A stretch of DNA of 64,000 nucleotides from Rhodosorus marinus CCMP1338 (lineage: Eukaryota; Plantae; Rhodophyta): positions 2,976,001 to 3,040,000 of the forward strand of contig JAMWBK010000005.1 in assembly GCA_029953675.1 (NCBI GenBank). The letters run 5' to 3'. The translations under genes were made by a program, and so were the position numbers. This document shows positions 51,007-62,798 of this stretch, piece by piece. Numbering within the stretch: position 1 is the stretch's first letter; each line of letters starts with the position of its first letter. Below the pieces are notes generated by a model, which was not told where the DNA came from, did not search any database, and saw only the letters and a list, made by a program, of their open reading frames with translations.

Positions 51007-51544
51007 TCGTGGTAGATTCTCCTCAGCACTTTTTTAACTGGCTGTGCACAAGCTGGCCAGTGCTTTGTGCTTGCGCGCTCTTGAAGGGTTTTGCCGGTCT
51101 CGGAGGTGAAAACTGCGGGAAAAATGGACGCGCTATGTACCATATAGCGCCGCGGTGGGAGCCGCCTATTTGTTTTGCTCAACACTTCAACTTCCTTGCC
51201 GTACACGAACAGGAAGCGTCTGGGCTGCTCGTTTGCCCGATCCGGATGGGGTTTAGGATGCTTCCTATCCTTGCTGGTTAGCAAAGGCAAAGGGGTTAAT
51301 CTGAATCTTGTCAACTGGTACAAGCAGTACTCGATGGGGATGCGTTTCAGTCCGTACGCGCACTGCATATAAAGCGCACCTTCTTTTAAGCTATGAGTTA
51401 AGCACACGTACGTCTCCGCTGGGGAGACCGCTGAAACACGAGGGGATGTCTTCAAGAGTAATAGGGCTTGACGTCTCCAGTGAAGTCGTCTCTACCCCTA
51501 CCTTACGTTCCCTTTACAAACTCTTGGGAGCAACGAAATACACT

Positions 51545-51592
51545 GTCCAAAATGCTTTCCACAAACACGTCCAAAATGCTTTCCACAAACAC
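51545..51592. repeat. Exact 24-bp tandem duplication
   Basis: GTCCAAAATGCTTTCCACAAACAC x2. Confidence 0.95.
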
Positions 51593-51825
51593 ATCCAAAA
51601 AAACAATAACAGACGCCTTCAAAGACAAGGCACAGCAACAAGCAAATCTCCTGCACTACATCCAGCGGGTGTGGGGTTTCCCCATGGAAGTCCTAATGGC
51701 CCATGTAGAGGACAAGGGTATGGTGAAAGAAACAACTGTGCAAAGAACCGACCTCTTGCCGCACGGCAATGCCAGGGAGGAATCATACAAGTGCATGACG
51801 CGCAGGCACTCCCGTGCAGGCGTTC

Positions 51826-53446
51826 TCATAAGCCGGTTGCAAGGCGCCCAAAGTCGTCCGTTGTCCCGGTCCATGTCTTTCTGCTTTGTTCTGAATGAGT
51901 ATTGCCGAAGTCCAACCCAATGGAGTTTCTTCTGTTCTTGTATTCGTTACGAATGTGTTTGTAGTCAGCAACCTGCACGTGCTTCGGATGTTTTCCTTTC
52001 TTCCCCATAACCTCTCTCAACCATTGCTCGGCTTCCGCTTTCTGGATCGTATCCCCTTTCACCGGAGGCTGCAGTGGGGGTTCCAGAGGGGCTGGAATTT
52101 CCATTTTCTCCAGTTCTTCCCAGCTAATTCCTGACGAACGGGGTTTAATAGGGCATCCGGGAGAATAACGTTGTCAAAGACTCTTGGCCACCAAAAAAGC
52201 CCGCTAAGACATAACCAACAGTCGCAAAAGAATCGGCGGCGGTCATATGTTTGCTTCCTACCTTTGAAAAAGGGATGACCTTTGACCTCCTCTGCGTCTC
52301 CTTGACTCCCTAGCCTTTTGTTCACGTCCTTGACTAGCAGCCCGTTAATAAAGCTCTTCATCTCAACGCTCAAGATTTTGGTTCGCTCGTCCTTGTCCAA
52401 GTCCAACTCCTCCTTTTCAATTTTGCTGAACAATTCTTTGTAATCGTCGGAGCGAAAAGGGGGCCTCCCCGCGACGAGAATGTACGCCAGTATTCCCAAC
52501 GCCCACCAGTCCACAATCCTTCCGTGGCCTTTTCGGGATAGAATCTCCGGAGCCTATAATAGAGTATCGGCGCTTACTATCAGCGGAGGACAATGCCTTG
52601 CACTAAGCCGCAATTTCAAGCTTACCTGGTAAACGGCAGTACCGCTGATGTCCTTGATTGACGTGTCAGTTGCTTGACCGGAAGCATAGCGGCCCGCAAG
52701 GCCGAAATCGGTTATCCGAATGTGCCCAAGCTCGTCCATGAGGATGTTTTCTAGTTTGACATCACGCCACACGAATTTGAATCGATGTAGTTCTCCTATA
52801 GCAACTGCGAGCTCCGCTAAATAGAACTTGGCTTCCTCTTCCTCCAGAGTACCGTTCTTCGCCAGTAAATCAAACATATCTCCTCCGCTCAAGTACTCCA
52901 ATACCAATACGACCACATCTTCGGTTTGAAAGCCACTGTGGCATTCGACGATGAACGGGTGCGGTCCAGCATTTCGCAGGACTTGACGCTCAACCCTGCG
53001 AACAGTCAACGCAAACGCGAGGAAAAAAAGTTAGCTAGCTTTCTAAGCGATCGGCCAGATTTTCCCTTGCAGAACGCTCAGTATCCGCTAGAAAAACCTA
53101 AAGCGTGTGTCTAAGAAGCATGTGTGAAAAAACCTTACGTGATGTTCTCGAGCTGATTTTCCCTCAGGAGATGCTCCTTGTTCATTATCTTCACAGCGAA
53201 TCTCTCCTGAGTGGACCTCTCCCTCACCAACATCACCGATCCAAACGTTCCTTTCCCCAAGACTCCCTCCAGGTCGCATCCAGGAAGCATCGGAGTCCCT
53301 GGAGGTGCTACGAATCCATCCAAATACGTTCTATCCGTAAAAGTCTTATGAAGTTCAGAAGGAGCCCCTTGCGGACGCTCCTTCTCCTTCGCATCATCTC
53401 CTCCAAGACAACACTTAAACATCCTTACACACTCCCGATTGGGCAA
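51826..53446 (-). CDS. AGC-group Ser/Thr protein kinase, four exons
   Basis: LGKGTFGSV, FAVKIM, HPFIV, LEYLSGGDMF, WRDVKLENIL, DFGLA, GTAVYQ|APE, DWWALG, RLG and HPFF. The N-terminus has an MFKCCLGG dicysteine. Confidence 0.93.
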
Positions 53447-53687
53447 GGGGGATTCCCCTCCACTCCCCCTCCCCTCCCCAAACCCTCACGAATATTTGGA
53501 AAGGCGTTAACCCACACCCAACCCACCCACCCACCCTCCCTCCCCAACCCCCCCCGAAACTAACTTCTCCGAAAACCTCTGCTTTAAAACATCAAAACCT
53601 CCTTCCCCATCCAAACCTACTCAATAAAATAAAATAAGTTACGGCTTGTTGTCTCTACAACAACCAAAAGGTTCTCTACCTCTTCTC

Positions 53688-53742
53688 TGTCTGTCTGTCT
53701 GTCTCTGTCTGGCTCTCTCTGTCTCTCTGTCTCTCTCTCTCT
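53688..53742 (-). repeat. Compound (TCTG)/(TC) microsatellite upstream of the kinase
   Basis: Read directly from the sequence. Confidence 0.85.
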
Positions 53743-56179
53743 CACCATTCCCATTCCTCAAAAATTCCTTCCTCATTGTAACTTTTCTGTCAAATTTCCA
53801 TCCACCACAAAAAACCGCATTTTTTCCCTCCTTCTCCCTCCCCCCCTCAAAAACAAATCCTAAACAAAAAACACCGGCAACCTCAAACCCCCCTTTCCTC
53901 CTTCCCCATTTTGTCCAATCATCCAAAAAAAATTCGTCTCAAAAATTATTATTTTACAACAACTCGTTTCCAAGTTTCTACTAAAAATCCGATCCCCCCT
54001 ACCAGAATTATATTAAATTGTCTACTGCACGGAAATACTTGAATTAGTTAATATGAGAAGGTATCCTCGAGCAACCGTTTCTGTCTACCTAAACCCCTAG
54101 GAGAGTTAACACAAAACGCTTATTGTCTAAGTGTCATATAGAATCTCAATCTATTTGCGATGTAAAAATGTTTTTGTTTAATAATTACAAATATACGCGG
54201 CTCATGTTGATTGAAAAACGAGGTGATGCTTTTGATCCGGATGATTTTGTATTTAAGTTTCTCACATCTTGGCCCGATGGGAAACTCTTATATGCCTGGA
54301 GGGAGATTAGAGTACTTCTTATCATGTTTTTTTCTTCTTTTTTGATTTGTGTTTGGGGATTGACTCCCTTTAATGGAAACAAATTTGGACAGAAGTATTA
54401 TAGGTTTTTAATAAGAAAAATAAACATATCAGTCAATTTATATCCTGACGCGTTATACACCAATTTGCTGTGAGGGGGTACACGGCCATGAACCTTGTCT
54501 TTTTGGCACCCCCTCCAAAATCGCGATGTCATATTCTCTTTGAATAGCTCATAATATTTTCTATATTTCAAATGACATAATATTTTCACCGGCGTGAGCC
54601 AGTAGTTGCCAACGCACATTGGAAATGAAGCAATGGGGGGTTAAATGGATCTGTATACAAAAGCTGGAAAAATATAGGAATCAATCATTACAGTGATAAA
54701 ACAATTATAGATTTTGTGAGGTTGTCGTTAAAATGATTGACGCTCGGTATTTCCTCGCCTCCCTTGCGCGAGGTTTGCAGAGTAATTGAAGCGAAAACCG
54801 TCTTTCCCGAATTGGAGCCTCCGACGTCCACCATAGTACTTTTTTCTAATTAAAAATCGAATAATACACTAATATTGAAAAAAATTATATTAATGATTTT
54901 TATGAAAACCAGAAATATAAAACGAATTTATTTAAACGATAAAGTGTAGATCTTCGGTTCCATGTTCCTGTTTTTAAGAAAATACATGAGAACTAAAATC
55001 GACGAGAATAGTGGTGCATATCTGAATAACCAAAATTATTAATGGTTTTGTATGAAAATGGGCCGTTATAACCAATAATATCGCGCTCCAATTCGAAGTA
55101 ACGAAAATATAATAAAAAGCACATGCTATTGATGATCATAAACATGAAATAATTCATAAATTTGGGCGTATATGTATTTTTGTTGCAAAAATTCTTCGTG
55201 GTGGTCAAGATTTTGACAGCGCGGAATAGCGGCTTTTTGAAATTTATAGGATACGAGCTCGGTGTCCCAACGCTGTCCGGGTCGCACATGTCCATCTGAG
55301 AGCGGTGACCAGGATGGTGCTGAGCACTGAACCAGACTGGAAGGCTAGAAATATGCCTCCCACATATAAAAAACGTCAAAGATCTGAAATGCAGTGCTGA
55401 CCAGAATAGCTGTTCATCCCAGCAGGTTCAGAAGCTAACATCCGAAAGCGTGAATGTATATTGGCACTGAGGCCTGGTGCCATACTCTTAGCATGTCTGT
55501 TGAAGACGATTGCCCGTGCATCCTATCCCCTCGGTATTAATAGGAAGGTATACATGGCACATGACGAACCGATGTGTCCACCTCAATCTGTACGACTTGC
55601 AGCACAATCGGTACCTGTTCTATCCTCGTCAAGCAGACCCTGCTACTCAATTCCCCCGCACTGCAATCGGCTTCAAGAGAGAGACAGTGACCATCTAGCT
55701 ACTGCGGCAGCCCCAAAAAGCCAACGGAATCGGGAGCAAGTTGAGGCAGGGACAAGAATTCCCGCTGTGGGAAATCTCCTCGTCGGCCAAAGTCGAAGAC
55801 TACGATTATAAAAACAAATTCCGGCGCCACCGTTGAATCGGCTTTCTTGAAGTAAATCTAGTTCCAATGAGTGACATTTTGACATTACGAAGATATTACA
55901 ACGGCAAGCCCAATCCCTAGCGCCTCTCACCAAAGCCGAGTCGTCTCCCCGCAGTTGGGAAGCCAGTGCGGAGATTGAAATGGAGATTGAGTGCCTTGGC
56001 GTTGAACAGACTTGTCGCTTTGGAGTGGGAGAGAGAGAGAAAGTTTCAGGTGGAAGTCCATCTTGTTGGGGACGTTGGAGATAAACATTTAACGCGAAAA
56101 CATGTAGCAGAACTTCCTTGTCTCTGAACGTAGAATTCGTTTTTGTTCTGGCTGAAAAGGATTCGGAGCCAGAGGGACG

Positions 56180-57451
56180 ATGGAGAGCGTTCGGACGCTG
56201 ACGGGTTTTGCTTTGCAAGCGTCCCCTCCGCAGGGAGGTTTGAAAGCTGAAGCCTGTCCAAATTACCGCCTTTTCGAGAATTGGGACGGGAAAAATTGTC
56301 CTATGATGCTTCTGTAAGTCTGAAGAACCCCTTCGTTCTTGTTGCTTTCGAGTCTCTTGGCTTTGCTGAACGAGTTTTTCTCCACACCCAGGGCTCCTAT
56401 GGAGGTTCTGGCTGATAAACAGTTCAGAAAGGCCGTGGCAACGGTCGGTGGAATGGACGAGATGGTAATGGAGTTCATTAGAATCCCTGATCAAGGTCAT
56501 CCACGAAGCCTCGCGAATCGCTACAAGTCGGATGAGCTTGGGTCGATGACCATATCACCACAGGTGGGTATCAAACATCTGACGAGCTTGACGGTCGATC
56601 CTCGATCATATGTGGTAACTGAAACGAAACTATCCACCTTTCAACACGTTCAATAGGTCATGGGATCCCACGATCAGCGAATGTGGGTAGCAACTCGTGA
56701 GCTGGTCAAGCGCGGCGCGTACCGAGTGGACTTGAACTGCGGATGCCCGGCATCGAGGGTGACCAAGAAAGGAAGCGGTGCGAGCCTCCTGAAGACGCCG
56801 TCAATTCTCGGAGGGGTTGTTCGAAGTATGATCGGTTCTGGACCGGATAAATTTCCGAACATTTCGGTGAAGATGAGGAGCGGGTTTGAGGATACACAGT
56901 TGTTCCTTGAGAACGTGTACTCGGCGATTGATGGTGGTGCCAGAGCAATCACTGTACATCCAAGAACAAGCTACCAGAAGTATAGTGGACGGGCGGATTG
57001 GAACCTCATCAGAGAGGCCAGGAAGATTAGCACCGTTCCGATCATCGGGAATGGGGACATAACCAGCGTCCAACGAGCAGCGGAGATTGTTGAATCAACC
57101 GGTTGCGATGCTATCATGATCGGCAGAGGAGCTGTCCGAAACCCTTGGCTGTTCCACGAGATCCGTGGCCACTTCACTGGCCAGACCATTGCTCCTCCAA
57201 GTATCAAAGATGAATGGACTTTTTGGAGTACTTATAGGCAAGCTGGGCGAGAGTTCGGAGGAACAGCTCGTGGGAACACGGGAAGGCTCAAGATGATCCT
57301 GGGGTACTATTTCGACAAGTGTACCTGGATGAAGGAAGCCAAGGCTCGCTTGCTGCGTTCTCGCCACGTGGATGACGAATCGTTTCTGTACGAAATCATT
57401 GACGTCCTTGAGCAGCATCGAAAACACTGCTCCGAGTGCAGCTTCGAATAG
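56180..57451 (+). CDS. tRNA-dihydrouridine synthase (Dus family, bacterial type), probably organelle-targeted, three exons
   Basis: LL|APMEVLAD..FRKA, PQ|VMGS, VDLNCGCPASRV..GSGASLLK, SVKMRSG, VHPRT, PIIGNGDI and IMIGRGAVRNPWLF. Confidence 0.92.
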
Positions 57452-57665
57452 TATCGGCGACAAAAAACCGAGTTGGGTCGGGACTTAATTAACTTTATCT
57501 TCATGTATTTAACATGGAAGCCACGTACGATCTTTCAAAACCTACGTGGGCTGGATTACATATTTCACTACCTCGGGTTCCCCTTCTACAACAGCCGGCT
57601 GGGCACGACACCTTTCGAGGGAAAGTGATATTTGTTGTGGCTTAAGAGCCTTGCCTTCGAGCCTG

Positions 57666-59235
57666 TTAGTTTGGTACAAAAAGTGAGTGCTTGGTGTTAC
57701 AATGGGATTCCGACTCTCGCCCCGATCAGCAGATGATCAGATGGTTCTTCTTTGCTTGGGAAGGACGGGGTTGTAATCTAGGATCGAGTAAACGACAACA
57801 AACAACACATGAAGACAAGAAGAAGCTTTGTCTGAGCGTTATGCATGGTACCCTTGGCCTCCATTTTGCCCCGTCCGTAAACGGGGGGGGCGATCTCACC
57901 TCGCTTCGGTGAGGTAAGGGATCAACCTCAAGTACTTTCACGTCGTTGGAAACGAATATATAGTCCAAGCAATCCACGAAGAGCCCCTGAGAGGATATGT
58001 GGGCGTAGTTGGTGAAATCTGGTTCATTGCCGTTCACGGACATGTATGCACTTTTCATCGGTTCCTGCAGGTTCGGGGTCCATTCTCCCACTTCGGACAG
58101 GTTCGGGAAAGCTCCACTTTCCTGGGTGAGTTTCCCCGTTGTCACCAACCGGTAGGCAGGGTCAGAAATTTTCATGTTGAAGTCACCTAGCCATGGGGAA
58201 CAAAAAAGAAATACTTCAGATCCGATTCAATTCAAGTCGCTTGTCGCGCAGTCACTTATGTTCAAGATCTTGTTCTGGTATTATACCGGCGAGGAGGAGT
58301 GGGTCGCCATTAGCGAGGCGCTGGGCGCTCTGGACGGCCAGGGCGGCATGGATGACCATCACTTTTGGTGCGAAAAAGGCACAGGGCATGTGGTATGTAC
58401 TACAACAGACTGTTTTCCCCGTCTGTTTACATTGAAGTCGGAGAAACGCGAAGATGTTCGGACGCGACTTTGCAAATGCCCACTCGTCCAACGCAAGGCC
58501 TTTACCCTTTCCCGCTGCCCCAACCGGTGTCCTCCAAACCCGCAATTTGGTTGAAGTGGACTCGGACTCCTCAAAGCTGTCCTTCTTCGCCGCGGCAGTC
58601 TTCGGCATCTTGGGATTCTTGCCGAGCCTCTCAATCAACTCCTCTACCACATCGTACTTTTCGGACGGATAAGCTATTCCCACACCCAAGTAGCCGTTGC
58701 TGAAATTACCACTGAGTCCAAGCACGAATTTATACCCACTCTGCGCGAAAAAATCTGAAAGGGGTCCACTCCATGACATGGAAACTTCTTGAAGACAGAT
58801 CACTGAGCCCAGAAGGACTTCATTGTCGAGCTTGGATATAACTCTCTTGAGTCGGGTACGTGATTCCAGGTCCTCCGACATGCATTTACTGAACCGCGAC
58901 TTTTGCGAAAGCGAAGAAGAAAGCACGTTGTAAGTAACCACCCTCTGGTTCACCTCATCTGCTCGGGTGGGAGCCTGCTGATCCATCAGCTTGATCCTCT
59001 CGTTAATCATATCCTGAGCAATGGCCGAGGTCTGCGCGCTGACCGGCCTCCTAGGCGGTTCAGAAAGTACTCTCTCCTCCGTATCCAAGTTCCCTGAACA
59101 TCGCGTTTCACGCAAAGATCTCATGAAAACCCTCAACCCTCCATGCTCACTCCGTCTCGCCAAGCTCCGCCACATGTTTCCTTCAAAAGTTCGATGCGGC
59201 GAGACAACTACAAACGCCGCATCAGTTGCAGGCAT
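57666..59235 (-). CDS. Endonuclease/exonuclease/phosphatase family protein (CCR4/nocturnin/PDE12-like), probably organelle-targeted
   Basis: VVTYNVL, VICLQEV, YHMPC, LLA|GDFN, FTNY, CLDYIF and EPSDHLLI. Leader MPATDAAFV. Confidence 0.88.
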
Positions 59236-60248
59236 CACAAACCAAAACAAAGAAGAGAAAAAAAACAACACACGAACAAAGAAAAATTGGATACACAAAC
59301 AAAAATCCTGAACGTACTATAATCTCATACTCCTAACCTCAAAAAACGATCTAACAACGTCTCCTCCAGTATTCCAATCTTCAAACCCTACCGCCCCCAA
59401 ACAAGTACGAACCATTTTTCATCCATTTCACTTCCAACCAAACACTTCTCCTCCTCCTCATCGCCGACCTTAAAAACATGAATTACAAATTAATAATCCA
59501 AGTCCTGAATCCAAAACCCTTCAAAAAACCCATATCTGAATAGGAATATGAAATCGTTAAAATTATTTCAATATTTCATCTATGATCTTTATATGAATTC
59601 CGATCAATTATCATCAATATTGGTGACTATTAAAATTTATGAATCTTTAAAAATGTTTAATTGTGGTTGATTACGAAATGTAATGCTTGTTTATATGTCA
59701 CCTACGAAAAAGCTTCGTAATTAGGAAACTTAGAGATGATAGAATTATTGGATAAAAATCGATGGTGCGAGACGGATTATATAGTAAAAAGTAGAAATTT
59801 AGTTGGATAGTATAATAGTGAATTTAAGAAGTATGTAGATGATATTTGATTTATTAGATAAAAACTTCTAATTTACTTAATAAGAATGTTCCTCCATATC
59901 GTCGGCGCACTATTTTAATTTTAAGTTGGTCAGAGTGGAAGGAGCATTGGGAAAATCTCAAGACCTTCAGCAACTAGGAGAACCGTGTCACAGGGTTCTC
60001 TCTCTCTTCTTGTTCTTCGTCTTGAAGAAAGCTTTTTAGATGGTTTCTGGTAAACCTTCATCAGCGGAAAGAGACTGGGTATTTGGTCATTCGGGACCGC
60101 TGACTTTGATGTGCGGGTTTCCGAGCAGTTGGTGGTGCCTTTGAGGGTTTCTGTTGACGCGGAGATTCTTTTGACGAGAGGGAAGGAGACGGTTGGACGC
60201 CTCCTGGCAGTATTTTTCACGTCTGTGCTGGTTTTCTGTTGAAAACCT

Positions 60249-61127
60249 ATGTCTTGGCGGGCTGGGCTGAACAGGTGTGTGCTTCTATATAGACCATGTC
60301 GGTCGGGAACCTTTGTCGGTACCGAGGTTCTTTTTCTGAGGTCTGAGGGCTTGTTCGCCTCTGTGATTTCTGTGCTTCTTAGGGCCAAGAATTGGTACCT
60401 GGCTAGGACTGAGGTTGGGAGAGACAAAATTGGTGAGGCATTTCTTTATTTTTCGGGACATAGGCCGATTTTTTCTTTTCGTCCGGGCGGAGAAGAGAAG
60501 GAGGATGTAGGTACTCGTCGTTCTTGTTCTTCTCGGAGCCTGAGGCGACGCAAAGTACCGCTAGAAGAAACTCTCCGCCTCCTTAGTTTTGCGCTCCAAG
60601 ACTTACGGGAACATCTCCCCCCCCCACCCCCAGGTAACGTCTACTACCTTCAGCGCGTCAAGGGCAGAACGGAAAAGCGTTTGGTAGATTATGCAGTAAG
60701 TCGAAAGTCAAGAAAATTTCGAAGCAAGCTGACTCTCTAGACTGAGCGAAATTTGCTGATGTGCTATGACGTCGCTCACGCTTGCGATACCAGAACGGCG
60801 ATGCCACGCTTGTTAGCAAAGTTCCAAACGAATGGTGGTGAGTTGTCCACTGGTGGACTGAGTACTCGGGCAAACATTTGTCAAGCTCATCATTCCAGAC
60901 TTATACTGAAAAAACTCAACAGGTCATGGCTTCATTACAGCCGTCCCGATCCGCCAACACCGAGAGAGATCGAGATATCTGACGCAAAAGCCGCAGACCT
61001 CAAACGACGAGTAAAAGCGCTCGAGGAGGAGGATGCCAAGGAGAGAGTGCGTCAGTTTGCCAGCAAGATGTCTTCATACGACGGTGCGACACAATCAGCA
61101 GCAAAGGTTCCGCTCGCCAGACATTAG
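60249..61127 (+). CDS. Hypothetical protein (spliced; start uncertain)
   Basis: The phase-0 intron GTAAGT..CTCTAG joins ORFs 60249 and 60753. Coiled-coil-like C-terminus AADLKRRVKALEEEDAKERVRQF. Confidence 0.4.
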
Positions 61128-61159
61128 ACCGAGCTAATGGTCCCGATGTTTCCTTGAAT

Positions 61160-62010
61160 TAGATCAAGCACAAGCACATACTCAGAGCGTAGAGCAGATT
61201 GCTTTTAGAGCAATGGGAGGACGTGAGAAAGGCGGCATGACGAGTTCCCAAAATGCTTCTGCAGAAAAGAGAGATGCAGATGCGAGCACTCACATGAACG
61301 AAGAGATTGCTCCGCAGGTAAGTCCTGAAACGGACTGCTTGTCCGAGTAAGCCCAAGCGATAAGTCGTTCTGAGCATCTGCGAATCCGTTTCGTTTCTGA
61401 AACTTGTTAAGGGCGAGGGTGAGTCATTCCGGCCTGGAGAATGGAAGCCTTCAACAACACGAAGACGTGGGAGATTAGGATAATTCATGAATGGTTCACC
61501 GTGACTTCGATGAAGGCGTAAACAGCATACGCAGAGCTGCTGCTGACAAAAACATATCCCCCCGGCCAAAAAGCAGTATGCCGTTGCCTTCAAAGGCGAA
61601 TTTTTTGGCCAGATATCGACCTTCTATGATGAACCCATGGCACGTGAGAAAAGACCTCCTTGCTAAGGTCACTCAGCGAGAATAGCTCTTCAGACAAATT
61701 TATGAAAGGACGTATCCGAAGGATTCGTTCCCGGGCCGTTTGGAGTGTCCAGTTGAACGTCTTCAACCTTCCTAAGTGCATCACTCGCTCCTGCCTTGGC
61801 GATTCTCCGATCAGGGGTAACCACGCTAAGACGCTCGCTTTCAGCCCAAGGTGGAAGGTTGGGACAGGCGTCTGCATAGTTCTCCAACGTAAACTAGATT
61901 TTGAGATTGATACTAGCCGATCTACTACATAAGCACTCAGAGATCCGTCTTGTGCCCACGTGCACTTTGACCACAAAACGGAAGAGCTTCTTTGACACAC
62001 TCTCACGTAG
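61160..62010 (-). pseudogene. Decayed LINE ORF2 remnant (end of APE domain, linker, start of RT)
   Basis: Ordered fragments VPTFHLG, HVPWV, HSPGRND and TTYRLGLL resemble the PTF, PW, APGPDG and YRPISLL motifs. Confidence 0.27.
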
Positions 62011-62609
62011 GGATCAATCGAAGTCGAAATTTGGAAATCGTTGCACTAGGACCTTTGTCTTCTATGGCGTTACTTGGCAAGAGCAGTTTGCTCTGGTCAG
62101 CACGGTGGCAAATTGATCCAGTTCAACGGACGAGTCTACAGCTGAACGAAATTCGTCAATTGCAGATCTGACAAAGGCACAGTCCGGCCGAAAAGCGAGC
62201 GCTCATCTCCTCGACGCCTTAGCTGAGATCCGTTAGTCTCCTCCAGGGTAGAGCATAGGGGCTATGGTACTAGACTTGAACGAACTGCTTGCGCGTATTC
62301 CGATTCTTTCAACTGACGCGAACCTGCAACCGATCAGCGACCCTCAGCGCACTGCTGAATGTTCAAATCGGACATTCAACTTTCCATCGGAGGAGAGATG
62401 ATCAGACTTGAATCGTTCAAGAAGTCTTAATACAAAGAGCTGAGAATAAAAAATCGTTTGCTCGTTGACTCCTTCGCAGAGGAATCCACGTGCCCGTCTT
62501 CTTCGAGCAGAGATCGTCTTCTTCTACGTGAGTTGAGAGCCTTGTAGGGGTTGCGGAAGGGCTTGGAGGACCGGAAGGTTGGTGTGGAAGCTATTTCGGA
62601 TTACGAAGT

Positions 62610-62798
62610 ATGGCGAAAGGAGGAAGTAGGAAGGTAAAGTCAGTACTCATTAAGCTTCTCAGTGAAGCTGGGACTGGGTACTTCTACATGCGACGAAAGA
62701 ACCCGAAGAATCTGCCGCACAAGCTACAGCTTATGAAGCTTGACCCGATTGTTGGTAGGCACGTGCTGTTTACGGAGACTAAGTTTAAGAGGAGGTGA
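62610..62798 (+). CDS. MRPL33: Ribosomal protein bL33 (probably mitochondrial), single exon
   Basis: IKLLSEAGTGYFYMRRKNPKN..KLQLMKLDPIVGRHVLFTETK. Confidence 0.93.
   Translation: MAKGGSRKVKSVLIKLLSEAGTGYFYMRRKNPKNLPHKLQLMKLDPIVGRHVLFTETKFKRR

Noticed and set aside
50847-52010. Several overlapping 180-200-aa ORFs between the SPX-Nudix and kinase genes
   Set aside because: They overlap both convergent 3' ends, carry no motifs, and are likely UTR or shadow frames.
55461-56500. 116-aa plus-strand and 275-aa minus-strand ORFs
   Set aside because: The longer one is largely antisense to the Dus 5' end, and neither has recognisable motifs.
57555-57620. FHYLGFPF peptide resembling the RT thumb YLG motif
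   Set aside because: Too short and isolated.
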